DNA of 64,000 bases from Octopus vulgaris (taxonomy: Eukaryota): assembly GCA_951406725.2 (NCBI GenBank), contig OX597819.1:3286001-3350000 (forward strand). Reading direction: 5' to 3'. Position numbers and translations under genes: made by a program. Below are positions 1-12,697 of the stretch, piece by piece. The notes beneath the pieces were generated by a model. It saw only the letters and a list, made by a program, of their open reading frames with translations, made no database searches and had not been told where the DNA came from. Numbering within the stretch: the first letter of the stretch is position 1; each line of letters begins with the position of its first letter.

Positions 1-1209
1 AGATGTGTGGCTAAAGTTGTAAAGTTTGGAACCGAATGTATCTGCTCAAGCTGCCTCGCACCAGACACATGGTTCTCATTAAAAACTTTTGTTATTTTCC
101 TTTATAATACAATCATTAATTATTTTTGCATCGGTAATTCTGATCAGTGGTTCATTTGGGGGAAATGAAAATCAGTGTAAAAGAAAGCGCAAATTTCCAG
201 AAGTTAATCTGTCTGCTTAATATAGAGTTAACGTTAGAATTTTATTGACACTAATGACAAAACTAAACCCACAATAAAGGATTTGTAAACAACCGCATAT
301 TTAGTCCAAACGGCACTAACAGGGCAACGAGTCTACGATAGAGTGTGTGTGTGTGTCAAATGATACTGGGTGGGGGTTTTTGTGTTGGGGATGGAGATTG
401 TGTCAGGGGTTTGTTTTTTGTTTTTTTTACACAGGTGGGCGATGGAGCATTTTTTAGCCGATAGGTGGGCGATATTGCAATTTAGTACGAAAAGTTTGGG
501 AAACACTGAGCTAAAGTATGATACAGGGACGAGCATAGGTGTGTTGCTATAAGAGGAGATATATGCTACTCCATATTATATTGGGGTAGGTGGAAATAGT
601 TGAGGAGATAAAAGTAGTGATAGAGTGCCACTACAAACTTTCAAGGGTCAAGAAAGTGATCATAAGGGAGGATATGAACAGTGGGTTATGGAAAGGGTGG
701 AGAGAGGTGAATCTAGTGAGTGATGAACAAGGGTGGAGGCAGGTTGATGGGAAACATCAGTATGGAGAGATATAAGGTGGGGGAGGTGGATGTGACTCAG
801 GAAGAATAGATCAGAAGGTAAGGGGATGATGTGTGAGGTGTTGGAAGGAGATGTATGGCACATGAGGCTAGTTATAGTGAGCAAGGCATGATGGCAGATA
901 TGAGAAGGTGTAGAGAAAGATAGCAGATATGTGAGGCGTTAAAATGGAAGAAAGAGAGATAACTGAGGGCTCAGAAAGAAGGTGGTCAGTGAAAATAGTG
1001 TGGCTGAGGAAGGGAAACTAATGGGAATAAGGGATGGGAGTGATTCCAGTGGGGGAGAATATAGTGCAAAGAAAGCGGGGGCGGGGCGGGAGTAATATGT
1101 GCTGATACTGGCCTCAAGTGATCAGTTGCCAAAGAGTGCCATGGATAGAAGAATGGGGACAAATGGAATGACAAAGCAGAATGGGTTATAAGTATAAAAG
1201 AGAATGCTC

Positions 1210-1437
1210 TTAACCGGTTACCATTCAGATTACTTTGTCAAGTTTAATGCTTATCTATATGCATTATTTTGAATTGATCACGCACCATCACCTAGCTTTG
1301 AGATTTAGATGATAGGATTGTTTATTTTTAAAATGACAATGTAGGGTAAGTGTGAAAGACCATATCTGGCTGATCTGAAGATAAAATAGGTTAAATATTT
1401 TGACCGGATATGGCCAGTTTGAATGCTAAAGTGTTAA
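1210..1437. mobile_element. TTAA-flanked MITE (piggyBac-like termini)
   Basis: Starts ttaacc, ends gtgttaa, with inverted subterminal cattc/gaatg; related copies near 29460-29682 and 41700-41870. Confidence 0.5.
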
Positions 1438-1439
1438 GA

Positions 1440-1850
1440 CATCATTTTTTCTGTGGTGTATGGATCTTCTTGAGCACAGAAAATCACAAACCATCTTGTT
1501 TTCTTTGTCCTCACTTCCACGAGGCTCAGCATCCTAAGATCAACCTTCGTCACTTCATCCCGTGTCTTCTTAGATCTCCCTGTTGAGCACCAGGTACTTG
1601 TTTATACAGCTATCTTCATGCATACACATTACACGGACAAACTAGCAGTCATTTCTATTGCACACCAATCTAATTGCCCTCACGCCTAATTTTTCTGGTA
1701 ACACTTGAACAGTTTGCAGACATTGCATACCCAACAGAGTATACTAGTTATTCTGCTCTAATATTCATGTCTTCTCCATTCAGTAGCGTCATTTCACCAT
1801 TATGTAGCATTGCTGTCTGTACAGAGGCATAATGCAAATCTACCTTTCAT
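1440..1850 (-). mobile_element. Decayed RTE LINE, 3' ORF fragment
   Basis: Reverse complement resembles the GRPRKTWDEVVK region seen at 8090-8130. Confidence 0.55.
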
Positions 1851-3211
1851 ATAAATGTGTATGCTCTGTTTTGACATCAAGCGATGGTTGTAAATGAGCA
1901 TCAATGTCATACAAGCGATGTTCGTATCTAATCTTCCATGTTATGTCCAGCCATGGGAAAATATTATCTTACTTGGAAACTAGTGAGTGTTGGCAATAAA
2001 AAAGGCATCCCGCCATAGAAAATTTGCTGCAACAAATTCCGTCTAACCCATGCAAGCAAGGAAAGTGGACGTTAAACGACGTTGATAATGATGATGATGT
2101 GTGTTTGTCTTAGTGGGTACATCGCACTTCCTTTCTAAGATGGGTAAAAATTGAAGGCGATGTAGCTGTCATTTCTAAGAAGCCGGTAAAACACGAGAAG
2201 TACCTCAGTTACCTACGATATTGTCACGCCTGATGGGAGTGAGCTATGTTCAAAAGTAATACAAACAGGATAATCCTGTCGTTTAAAGACTATTTAGGAT
2301 ATCATTATCCACTGTTTTCCCCCTTTTCAAACGTTGCGATATAATTTGAGGTAGATTTAGCATCAGTTTCTAGCAGGTTGAGCGATCACAAAGATACTTC
2401 CTCGTTGGCTCTTTAAAAGGTAATTAGAGTGGGTGTCAACCTTTTTTGAGTATAGGTCGAACCCACAACACAGTACCTGCGCGAAACTGATGCGGATATC
2501 TGATTGAAAATAAACTTTGCTTCACACTCAAACAGAAGGTGTTCTTCCGAGATATCTGACACGTGGTAAAAATAAATAAAAAATGATGCAAAAATGACCA
2601 GAGAACGAAAAAAGAAAAAAAAAAGAAATGAGCATAACTTTTCTTCTTCTTTAAACATTTATACGTGGTTAAGCATAATTAAGTAATAATAATCACTATT
2701 TTCCAAAAATAAGCTCTAAAAGTTGTTCAGGGAGCACAATGGAATATACAATATATATTTGTGTGAATGTTAAACAATATTTCTATGTAAATAAGTATAA
2801 ATATTATTTGGGAGAAGATCTGTAAAGAGAGCGAAGAGAACTTGACGGCAAACAATAAAAGTTTTCATGATGAATTTAATTCAAACTTATAAGAAAATAC
2901 AAAACTTTATAAAAGCTTATAGGACAAGTTATGGTGGGAGTTGCTTGAAAGTAATCGCGTTACATTTGTATGCAAACACTTTGTCTTTTAAAACTTATGA
3001 TTATTCATTTTTGTTTGTCAAAATAAATCATTTGAGGTTTTACAGGTGTAACAAAAATTATTAGATAAATAGTTACTTATGAGATTTTTAAAGAGTAATA
3101 AATGAAAGAGAAAAGAACTTAGTAGAAACTCCCTACAAGTTTAATTAAACCGAAATATAATTCCACATAAATTTTTTAAAAACTTCACAAATTAATTCTG
3201 AAGTTTCTTAC

Positions 3212-3300
3212 CTGTGAAGCCAGCTTAAGTGTCTACGCAAGCCTGTTCTTATTGTGTTGCAAGTAGATCGTAACAAAACATATTTTAAAAGATTAGACAT
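3212..3300 (-). CDS. Candidate first coding exon of a divergent gene; mitochondrial presequence-like (MSNLLKYVLLRSTCNTIRTGLRRHLSWLHR)
   Basis: caaaatATG context, 29 open codons rich in R/L/S/T with no acidic residue, strong AG|GTAAG donor at 3211. The downstream exon is not securely identified. Confidence 0.35.
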
Positions 3301-3510
3301 ATTTTGAAGTCAGAAACTAAAACAACTCACCTGGTTTAAAAGAATAATTGCAACATTGGTTACTTCTATATAACTTTTCTTCTTCTCGCTGGTAGAAGAA
3401 AATGAATTAAAAACAGTTTTGCACAGTTGAAGCGAGTACTTACAATATAAGTAACGTGTATACCGAGGGAAGTGTGTCGCCTGCTGTCAGATTACACCTG
3501 ATTTCTAAAT

Positions 3511-3519
3511 GGGCGGGGC
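3511..3519. promoter_or_regulatory. GC box (Sp/KLF) in a possible bidirectional promoter region
   Basis: GGGCGGGGC in otherwise AT-rich DNA, upstream of several minus-strand donor sites. Confidence 0.4.
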
Positions 3520-4453
3520 TGTGCGTTAGATCAGTCAAGTGTTTGGTTTAGGCAGTTCACATTTTTATTTATTCATTTATATGTGCAACCTAAACCATGT
3601 TTCTATAAACTTTGCAGCAATAAAAAAAACCCCCAAAAAGAATGTTTGGTTAGACACATACAAGCATATGTATTTTCCAATGCGTATGCTGGGAATTTAT
3701 TTAAAAACTTTATTTCTTATGGACAGAAAAAAAGTTTAAATTATGGCCGGGCAAAAGAAAAAAAAATTGCGAAGTTTATTATGAAAGGTATTTCTATTTG
3801 CGACTTGGGAATATACAAAGCAATTGGGAACTGAAATTATTCGTGGAATTGGTTTGCTGAGAGCTTACTTATTTATATATTTAGATAATATTCTAAAAAT
3901 AAATATAAAATTGACGAAAATGTATGTTAATTAAAAACATGCATTTATGAAAAGAAATCTCTCACACCTAACAATGGACCAAGTCTATTCTATTGTAAGA
4001 ACAGGGTTGACAGTCTTTGTAAAGGGAAATAAGTGAACTCGTCTTAACATTGAAAAAATGACGACTGGCCTTCCATAGTTAAGAGAGAAGTCAAGATTTA
4101 CTTTGCATGTGTTTTGAAAGACAAGGGTGATCGAAAAAACATTTGAGAGACGAAATTCATCATAATGGATCGTATGAAATTTAAATAAAAATTATCATTC
4201 ATGTATAGGGAATACCAATTATATTTATGAATACTATTATATTTAAAATAGTGATTATGAAAGAGATTATTAATATCATCCATCCTGCAAATAAAATATC
4301 GTTTTCTTAATAAAAGGTATTTGTTGATCAGAAGATAAATAGTATGTTGTTTGTTTTTCAAAGGCTTGGGTTATCTGAATTTATTTGGAATGTTCCTTTC
4401 GGCAAACGTGATTTGCAGCCGAGTCTCACAACGGAGAGAGGTTGAGAGGGAAA

Positions 4454-4485
4454 TGACGTCACTCGACTAACAACACCGCCATTTT
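4454..4485 (+). promoter_or_regulatory. PPP4R2 proximal promoter/5'UTR motifs: CRE and YY1
   Basis: Perfect TGACGTCA at 4454-4461 and CCGCCATTTT at 4476-4485, in CpG-retaining DNA just upstream of the ATG. Confidence 0.6.
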
Positions 4486-4494
4486 TCACTGTAC

Positions 4495-4564
4495 ATGGCG
4501 CAGGACGTTGCTTTTGGAGTTCGAATCATGGAAGACCAAGAAGCTATACTGGATGCACTAACTG
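4495..4564 (+). CDS. PPP4R2: PP4 regulatory subunit 2, coding exon 1 (MAQDVAFGVRI-MEDQEAILDALT; second ATG at 4528 may be the true start)
   Basis: ATG at 4495 and in-frame ATG at 4528; donor G|GTTAG at 4565. MEDQEAILDALT resembles the PPP4R2 N-terminus (MDVERLQEALK, recalled) and joins exon 2 in phase 1. Confidence 0.88.
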
Positions 4565-4663
4565 GTTAGCATGCCATTCGTTATTGACCCCTTTATTCGA
4601 TTTAACAGCAGACAGTGGTTATATGTTATCTAATACGCGTCTTTGTTTCCCATTTATCCGCAG

Positions 4664-4745
4664 AAGTGGAGCGCAAGGCGAATAAGGAGATTCCTCCTAT
4701 ATTGGACCAGTACTTGCTGCAAGTAGCCAAGACTGGAGAAACACT
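4664..4745 (+). CDS. PPP4R2: PPP4R2 exon 2 (EVERKANKEIPPILDQYLLQVAKTGETL)
   Basis: Pyrimidine tract plus CAG at 4661-4663; donor GTGAGT at 4746; LDQxLxxVAKTGET is a PPP4R2 signature. Confidence 0.95.
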
Positions 4746-5615
4746 GTGAGTTCATATCGACATTTATTTCCCAATTATTTATCAATAATTATCCATATTT
4801 ATCTTGGGGGATCAATCAAGGCTGTAGTGTCCTTCAGTTTGATGTGAAACTATTAAATGCGAGCACACGTACCCGGTACTCGGAGACATCGAGTCACGAA
4901 ATAATAAATTGCTGCTTCAGTCTCGACGGGCACTTGGCTTCCTCGGATCAATTTATTGTAAATACTCTTCGTTTTATTATTATTAAGCGCATTGTTTTCA
5001 AATATTCTTTATTTTCAAAACCCATAAATGGGGAGAATCCTCGCTAAATGCTTCGTAAGAGGTTGGCAGGTTGTAAATATCCTCCACATTTTCCTCATCT
5101 AATTATCAAATGATTGGAAATTTGTTTTAAATATATAGAATCATTTGCATACACGTGTGTGTGTGTGTATATATATATATATATTGATTGTATATGTATG
5201 TCTGTGTATAATGATTGTATCCGTGTGTACATGTAAAGTTGTTTCTATATATATATATTTATATATAAATATATATATTTATACTTATATTGTGTGTACA
5301 TACGTATAATTTATATAATGTATATATATATATATATTATGTGTTCATACGCATATATATGTGATGTTTACATGCATTGGTTGTGTATACATACATATAT
5401 ATATATATATATATAGTCTGTATATGTACATAACATTTATATCCGTGTGTACATGGTGACTTTAAGTGCTTATATGTTCGTATCCGTGTGTAAGTTTGTG
5501 TATATATATACGCATGATTGGTGTTTATATATATATATATATATATTAAAATTGTATGTATATATGTATTAAAAATATACATATAAAGTTTCTGTATTTT
5601 AAAGATGTGTATATG

Positions 5616-5650
<35 letters not shown>

Positions 5651-5792
5651 GTCTGTACATGTTTGTATCCGTGTGTACGTGTAAAATTTTAAAAAATTTT
5701 ACAAAATGTGTATATTGTATACATGTATTTTTGGTGTGCATGTATCTATGGTGTACATATATATATATATCTCTTTATATAAGATCTATGTA

Positions 5793-5823
<31 letters not shown>

Positions 5824-7212
5824 GGGATGTATGTATGTGTGTGTGTATATATATATATGGGATGTATGTATGTGTGTGTGTATATATATATATATATATG
5901 GGATGTATGTATAATGTGTGCATATATATATGGGACATGAATATATATATATATACGCACAGAATATGTATGGTGTGTATGACATTTGGAGTGTATATAT
6001 ATTCATCTTTTTTTTTGTGTGTGTATGTATATATATATATATATATATATATGGTGTAGTTTATCTTGTACATGTTTGTCATTACACTGCGGCCATGCTG
6101 GGGCACTACTGAATTGAAAAATTTTTTACCTGAATGAATCGACCCAGTACTTAATTTTTTAAGCCTGGTACTTATTCTGTCGGTCTTTTTTGCCGAACTG
6201 ATAAGTTATAGGCTCATAAACACACCATCACCAGTTGCCAAATAACTAAAACTCTTTAAGGCGGTGCTCCAGCATGGCTGCAGTCAAATGACTGAAGCAA
6301 TTAAAAGAAATATGTATAAAATAAAATATGAGGTGTGTGTATGTATGTATATATATATATATATATAAATATATATATATAATATATGGGGAATATGTGT
6401 GTGTATGTATGTATGTATGTGTGTGTATATATATATGTATATATCATCATCGTCATGATCATTTAATGTCTGTCTTCCATGCTGGCATAATTTTGATGGT
6501 CAAACAGGAGCTGGAGAGCTGCACAAGGTTCCATTGTCTTCTTTGGTGTGGTTTCTATGGCTTGATGTCCTTCCTAATGTGAAGCACTTTTGAGTGTACT
6601 AGGTGCTTTACACAGGGCACTAACACCAGCAGGGTCACCAAGTAACTTGCGAGACTGGGGGAGGGAGTGGAACTGTGGGAAGTTGGTTTGTTCCAAGTGA
6701 GAAGTTAGAATATAATAGAGGGATACAGATAGGTATCTTACTATGGAGGAAATGCTGGGTTACCCCAGTAGGAAAAGGAGAGGTAGGATAGAGTTAGAGA
6801 AAAATAGATGGTGTTGGAGATGCATCAGGACCTACTCACAGGGAACATTGGGAAAGTATAAGTGGTGGTTCAGAGGCAAATGTGAAGGGAGATGCTTTGA
6901 GATGGGGAAAGAGGTGACTGTAATAAGTGAGAGTGGGAATGTAAAAGGATTAAGCTCCTTCATGTGTCATATTGAAACTTAGGGCTGTTTTCCCAGTTTT
7001 TGTAGCATATAAATTGACCCCACTGGATGTGATGCTGGACTGCTCATTTCCCCCAGCTTAATGGACTGGAGTAATAGGAAATGAAGTGTTTTACTTAAGA
7101 ATACAACACATTGTCTGGTCATGGAATCAAAACCACAATCTTAACCACTAAGCCATGCTCCTTCAATTATAGGGTTTTTGTATGATGTATATATGGTATG
7201 TGTGTATATATG

Positions 7213-7243
<31 letters not shown>

Positions 7244-7434
7244 CACACACATGTATATATTGTATATACATGTATGTGTGTGTGGGGGTGTATATATATA
7301 GTGTATTTGGATGTATATATGGTGTATTTGTGTGCATGAAGTATGGTGTATATGTTTCTTATTTATATGGAATATTTGTAGTTATTCATGTGTGCGTATG
7401 TATTTAAACCATTAATAGTTTCGTTATTTGCATT

Positions 7435-7740
7435 CATCATCATCATCATCGTTTAACGTCCGTTTTCCGCGCTAGCACGGGCTGGACGGTTCGACCGGGG
7501 TCTGGGAAGCCAGGAGGCTGCACCAGGCTCCAGTCTGATCTGGCAGAGTTTCTATAGCTGGATGCCCTTCCTAACGCCAACCACTCCGCGGGTGTAGTGG
7601 GTGCTTTTTACGTGCCACCTGCACAGGTGCCAGGGGGGGGTCCGGCATCGGCCACAATCGGTTGGAGCTTTTAACGTGCCACCGGCACGGAAGCCAGCTA
7701 AGGCGGCGCTGGCCACGGCCATGTTCGGATGGTGCTTCAC
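7435..7740 (-). mobile_element. RTE-type 3'UTR or derived element with (GAT)n tail
   Basis: (cat)n-cgtttaacgtccgttttcc start; reverse complement of 8430-8621. Confidence 0.75.
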
Positions 7741-7917
7741 ACGATATTTCTGATGATTTGGGTAAATGGCTTTTAAATTATGTATCTCAATTGTGTAATT
7801 ACACTTGATGATTATCTCAACGAAACAGCTGTTGAATAATGTTTGAACTGTATGTGAAATTAATGTTTTTCTGTTAAATATGTTTCCCTTAAAGATTGTT
7901 TTAGCCATGTTCATACA

Positions 7918-8621
7918 GTGTTCATATTCGACAGAGTGTAAGTACCTTGAGAGAAAAGTTGGACCTAAGAAACATCAGTTGTGGTGTGCAAGAGAGATGC
8001 TTGCGCTGGTATGGTCATGAAGTGAGAATGGATGAAGATAGTTGTGTGAAAAAGTGCCACACCCTAGCGGTTGAGGGAACCTGTGGAAGAGGTAGACCCA
8101 GGAAAACCTGGGACAAGGTGGTGAAGCACGACCTTCGAACTTTAGGTCTCGCTGAGGAAATGACCAGAGACCGAGACCTCTGGAAGTGTGCTGTGCGCGA
8201 GAAGACCCGGCAGGACAAGCGAGACCATAACCTGTGGCCTCTACCTGGGATGTAGCGAGTCCACTTATGCATACCTTTCCTTCTTGTGACACAAACCCTA
8301 CATGTGAAGACATGTTGCGGCAAGTGAAAATCGAAATCGATCAACATCAATGGAAATTGTAGCTGTGATACCAGTGCCGGTGGCACGTAAGAGAACAATC
8401 CGAACGTGGCCGTTGCCAGCCTCGTCTGGCACCTGTGCAGGTGGCACGTAAAATGCACCCACTACACTCACGGAGTGGTTGGCATTAGGAAGGGCATCCA
8501 GCTGTAGAAGCACTGCCAGATCAGATTGGAGCCTGGCGCAGCCTTCTGGCTTCCCAGACCCCAGTTGAACCATCCAACCCATGCTAGCATAGAAAATGGA
8601 AGTTAAACGATGATGATGATG
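7918..8621 (+). mobile_element. RTE-clade LINE 3' end (C-terminal ORF, 3'UTR, (GAT)n tail)
   Basis: ORF 7947-8255 has LRWYGHxxRM...RGRPRKTW...DRDLW, typical of RTE; ends gttaaacgatgatgatg. Confidence 0.85.
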
Positions 8622-9479
8622 TTGAATTATGTATGTATATGTAGGTTTGTGCCACTTGGTTTTACTACAATATAATATGTTGGAGTTTTTGTTATTGAAC
8701 TCTTAGTTACTGTGGATTAATTTTTTGTTGTTTACATATGAGTTCTCCCTGTCTCTCTATATACATATTCACCATATATATGTTTTGTGTGTTTGCGTAT
8801 GTTTCTGATAGATTATATATATATATATATATAATCTATCAGAATTAAGAGGATTTAGAAATCCAAGTGGTTTTCTCAGCACTCCTGTGGATGCTGACTA
8901 ATTCTGCATAGAAATGGAAAGTCTTCTTTAAATCAAACCATTTTGTACAAACTAAAATTCCAGGGAGAATTTGTTAGTCATAGAGTATAATGCAGTAAGT
9001 TCAAGAATGGTGTTTTTGGTATTATATTTATTCTGTCATTACCATCATTACAACATATTACATATGATTTACACTCATCTCATCAGACAAAGGTCAAAAA
9101 GCAATACAGATGACACTTGGGAAATTGATATATACAGTTGTGATGACCACAGTGGGAAGACTGTGTGTGTATAGTGAGGATGCAAAATTTTATATGTAAA
9201 TAAAATATAGAGTAAGACAGCATGAAAAACAGATCATTTTAGTCTTACTAAATATGGTGTATATGAATGACATAATCATTGAGTATCCATTTTTCCATGC
9301 ATGGGTCAGATGGAATTTGTTAAGGCAGATTTTCCACAGCCAGATGCCCTTGTCATAAACCATATATATATGTATATAGTTAATCCAAACATGAAAACAC
9401 CAAGAGAAAACACAACAACGCGAGGATGTGGAACAAATATAGTATTATTGGATGCTCAGGAAGGAAGGGAGGAAGGAGG

Positions 9480-9514
9480 GTTTAACATTTCGAGCGGAGC
9501 TCTTCGTCAGAAAC
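9480..9514 (-). ncRNA. Minimal type I hammerhead ribozyme motif (Penelope-like element remnant, about 9375-9590)
   Basis: Minus strand: GUUU-CUGACGA-A-GAGC(ucc)GCUC-GAAA-UG-UU-AAAC; core boxes, stem II and 4-bp stem I all present. Confidence 0.55.
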
Positions 9515-10159
9515 ATAGGAAAAGAAAATATCCAGAGAAGGAAAGACAGAGGGAAAAAAATCGCCAACGGTACACACGAGGTCACATTATGTATATATAT
9601 ATATAGATATATATATATATGTAATGAAATAAATGTGTATGGTTTATCATCATAACTGTTTAACATCCATTTTTCATGCTGGCATGGCTTGACCCTTTTG
9701 ACAAAAGCTGTCAAGCCAGAGGATTGTGCCATATTCCACTGTCTTTGGCATGGTTTCCTTAGCTGCATGCTCTTCCTAGCACCAATCACTTTATGTAGTG
9801 TTCTAGGTGCTTTTTACATGGCACTAATGGGGTCACCAAGTAACTTGCAAGATTAGATTCCTCAACTTGGTGGGGGTGGGTGGAGTATTGAGGGAGATGG
9901 CTTTGTGCCAAGTGATGAGAGGTATGATAGAGGGAGAGAAATTGGTATCTTGGTGTAGAGGCTACTTCTGTTGGAAGAGAGAGTGAAGATGGATTGAACT
10001 GTATCCTCAAGTTGCAGGAAGTGAATATAAGTGGACAGGGTAAGTGAATAGTTAGGTTTCCGAGAGTGGGAAGAATGGAATGTAGTGACTGGTGAACATG
10101 GATGAAGGGAGGGTGGGTGTTAGGAAAGTGAGTTGTGAGGTAGTGGCATAAATGATCTT

Positions 10160-10737
10160 CCTTTGCTTAGATGAATGGGTCTTGTCAAGCACAGCAAATT
10201 ACGAATTATCTTGGACCTTTGTAATCTCTGTGAGGCTCAACATCAGGATGTCGTTCTTCACTATTGCATCCCATCTCTTCCTAAGTCTCCCTTTTCTACA
10301 GGTTCCATCTGCATTTAGTGATTGGCACTTTATACAGCTGTCCTCATCCATACACATCATGCCAGCACACACTATATCTGATGCCCCTGATGCTGAGTTT
10401 TTCATTTCACCACATTTACACTTTATTGTACATGCACACTAACATTGCACATCTGGAACATGCTAGGGTCATTTCTTTCAAGCCTTTTGCATGTGTTCTG
10501 CCTTTACAGCTCAAGTTTCACTACCATGCAGCATTGCTGTTTATGCACAAGCATCATACAATGACCTTTCACTCTGAGAGGTCTTTTGTTGCCAATAGAG
10601 AAAAGAGCTCTCTGAACTTTCTCCATCCTAGTCTAGAAAGAATACTTTCACAACTTCTTCCATTGCTAATTAGATCACCTAACTTACTATATCCTACCTC
10701 TAAGAAACCTCCCAGGCATTTGAAGAAATTTATTTCC
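10160..10737 (-). mobile_element. Decayed RTE LINE fragment
   Basis: ORF 10199-10405 (MDEDSCIKC...GTCRKGRLRKRWD) is homologous to ORF 7947-8255. Confidence 0.7.
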
Positions 10738-10762
10738 GATGTACATATATATGTATGTGTAT

Positions 10763-11098
10763 AGGAGACCCCCTTCGGTCATGAGTGACCGTGGGATTGC
10801 ACCTAGAAAGTTACCTTCCAAGGCACAAGTCAGAGCAAGATTGTTTGTGGAAGGCCAGCAGTCGCCCATGCATACCGGCCTCCCCTTTCCACACCACCGA
10901 TGTTATCCAAGGGAAAGGCAAAGGGACTGATACAGCTTGGCACCAGTGATGTCGCAACTCATTTCTACAGCTGAGTTAATTGGAGCAACGTGAAATAAAT
11001 TGTCTTGCTCAAGAACACACCACACAGCCCGGTCTGGGAATCGAACTCACAACCTCACGATTCAAAGCTCTATGCTCTAACCACTAAGCCATGTGCCT
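10763..11098 (-). mobile_element. tRNA-derived SINE (second family)
   Basis: Minus strand has A-box TGGCTTAGTGG and B-box GAGTTCGATTCC, then a non-tRNA body; flanked by TA/TG repeats. Confidence 0.7.
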
Positions 11099-11127
11099 TC
11101 ACATGTATGTATGTGTGTGTGTATATA

Positions 11128-11160
<33 letters not shown>

Positions 11161-12284
11161 TTACATACACATGTATGGTGTATCTGTGTATATATATTGG
11201 TGTGTGTGTATGCATGCATGTAACTATGTTATGTATCCATGTAGCTTGTATATAGTGTGTGCACAGGCCGAGTGGTTAAGAAGTGTGCTTTCCAAGTTTG
11301 TCGTTTCAAGTTCAGAGTTACATTTGTCTTTTACTGTAGGAGTAGGTCAACAAGTTCTTTGTGAGTGAATTTGGTAACAGAAACTGAAAGAAGCCTTGAC
11401 ACGATATGATTGTTGTAAACAAACATCACCGTTCTGCAAGCAGTATTGTTTGTTTCCAATCTTTCATGATAAATATCTGGCTGTTGGGAACAGGTGGAAG
11501 GGGCAACAGGAAGAGCATCTGGTTCTAGAAAATCTGCCTCAGCAAGTTCCATCTGACCCATGGAAACATGGCTGTTAAAACAATGACATGCAGAGTGTGT
11601 ATGTATTGTTTATCTTTTACTTGTTTCAGTCATTGGACTGCAGTCATGCTGGGGCACCACCTTGTAAGGTTTTAATCGATCGGATCAACCCCAGTACTTA
11701 ATTTTTTTAACCCTTTTGATACCAACCCGGTTGAAACTGACACTGGCTCTGTAATGCAAATGTCTTGGTTTCAAAATTTCTGAATTGAAATTTTCCACCA
11801 AACCTAATCACAATTTATGTTCCTAACACTAGCTTATTCTTTGTTATATTTAAAATTAATTGAAAGAAACACAGAGCATCTCAACAGAAATATGGTAGAA
11901 AAAGGATGAAAGTCTGATGTTTATTGTTGGTCTCTTTATTCTAAGCCACTAGGTTACAGGGAACATAAACAAACCAACATCAGTTATTAAATAGTAGTGG
12001 GAGACATACATAAACATACACAAACACAATGGACTTCTTTGAGTTTCCATTTATGAAATCCACTCACAAGGCTTTGGAAGAAGACGATTGCCCAAGGGGC
12101 CATGCATTGGGATGAAGCCCAGAACCATCTGGTTTGGAAATAAACCTCTTAACATAAATTTGAATTTATTCTCATGTATGCATTGTCAGAGCACACCAGC
12201 AAATGGGTTTTTTTAAAAACTATTTGCATATGGTCATGAATTAGAAGCAGCCTTAATGTTGTAGACATTTTTGAATGCACATAA

Positions 12285-12697
12285 TGGATTGGATGATTTG
12301 ACTGAGGACTGGCGAACCAGATGGCTGCACCAGGCTCCAATCTTGATCTGGCAGAATTCTACCGCTGGATGCCCTTCCTAATGCCAAGCACTCCGAGAGT
12401 GTAGTGGGTGCTTTTATGTGCCACTGGCACGAGGGCCAGTCAGGCAGTACTGGCAACAGCCACACTCAAATGGTGTTTTTGTACGTGCTACCTGCACAGT
12501 CCAGCGGCACTGGCAGCGACCTCGCTCGAATGTCTTTTCACGTGCCAGTAAGGCGACGCTGGTAACGATCATGCTCGAATGGTGCTTTTTACGTGCCACC
12601 GGCACTGAAGCCAGTTTGTTGCTCTGGCAACGATCACGCTTGGATGGTGCTCTTAGCGCTCCACTAGCACAAATGCCAGTAATCGAATTTGATTTTG
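12285..12697 (-). mobile_element. RTE-type 3'UTR element with diverged internal subrepeats
   Basis: Recurrent ggtgctttt(t)acgtgcca core separated by variable segments; homologous to 7435-7740 and 39145-39670. Confidence 0.7.

Noticed and set aside
5337-7407. Cluster of Y/I/V/C-rich ORFs
   Set aside because: Derived from TA/TG microsatellite mosaics in PPP4R2 intron 2.
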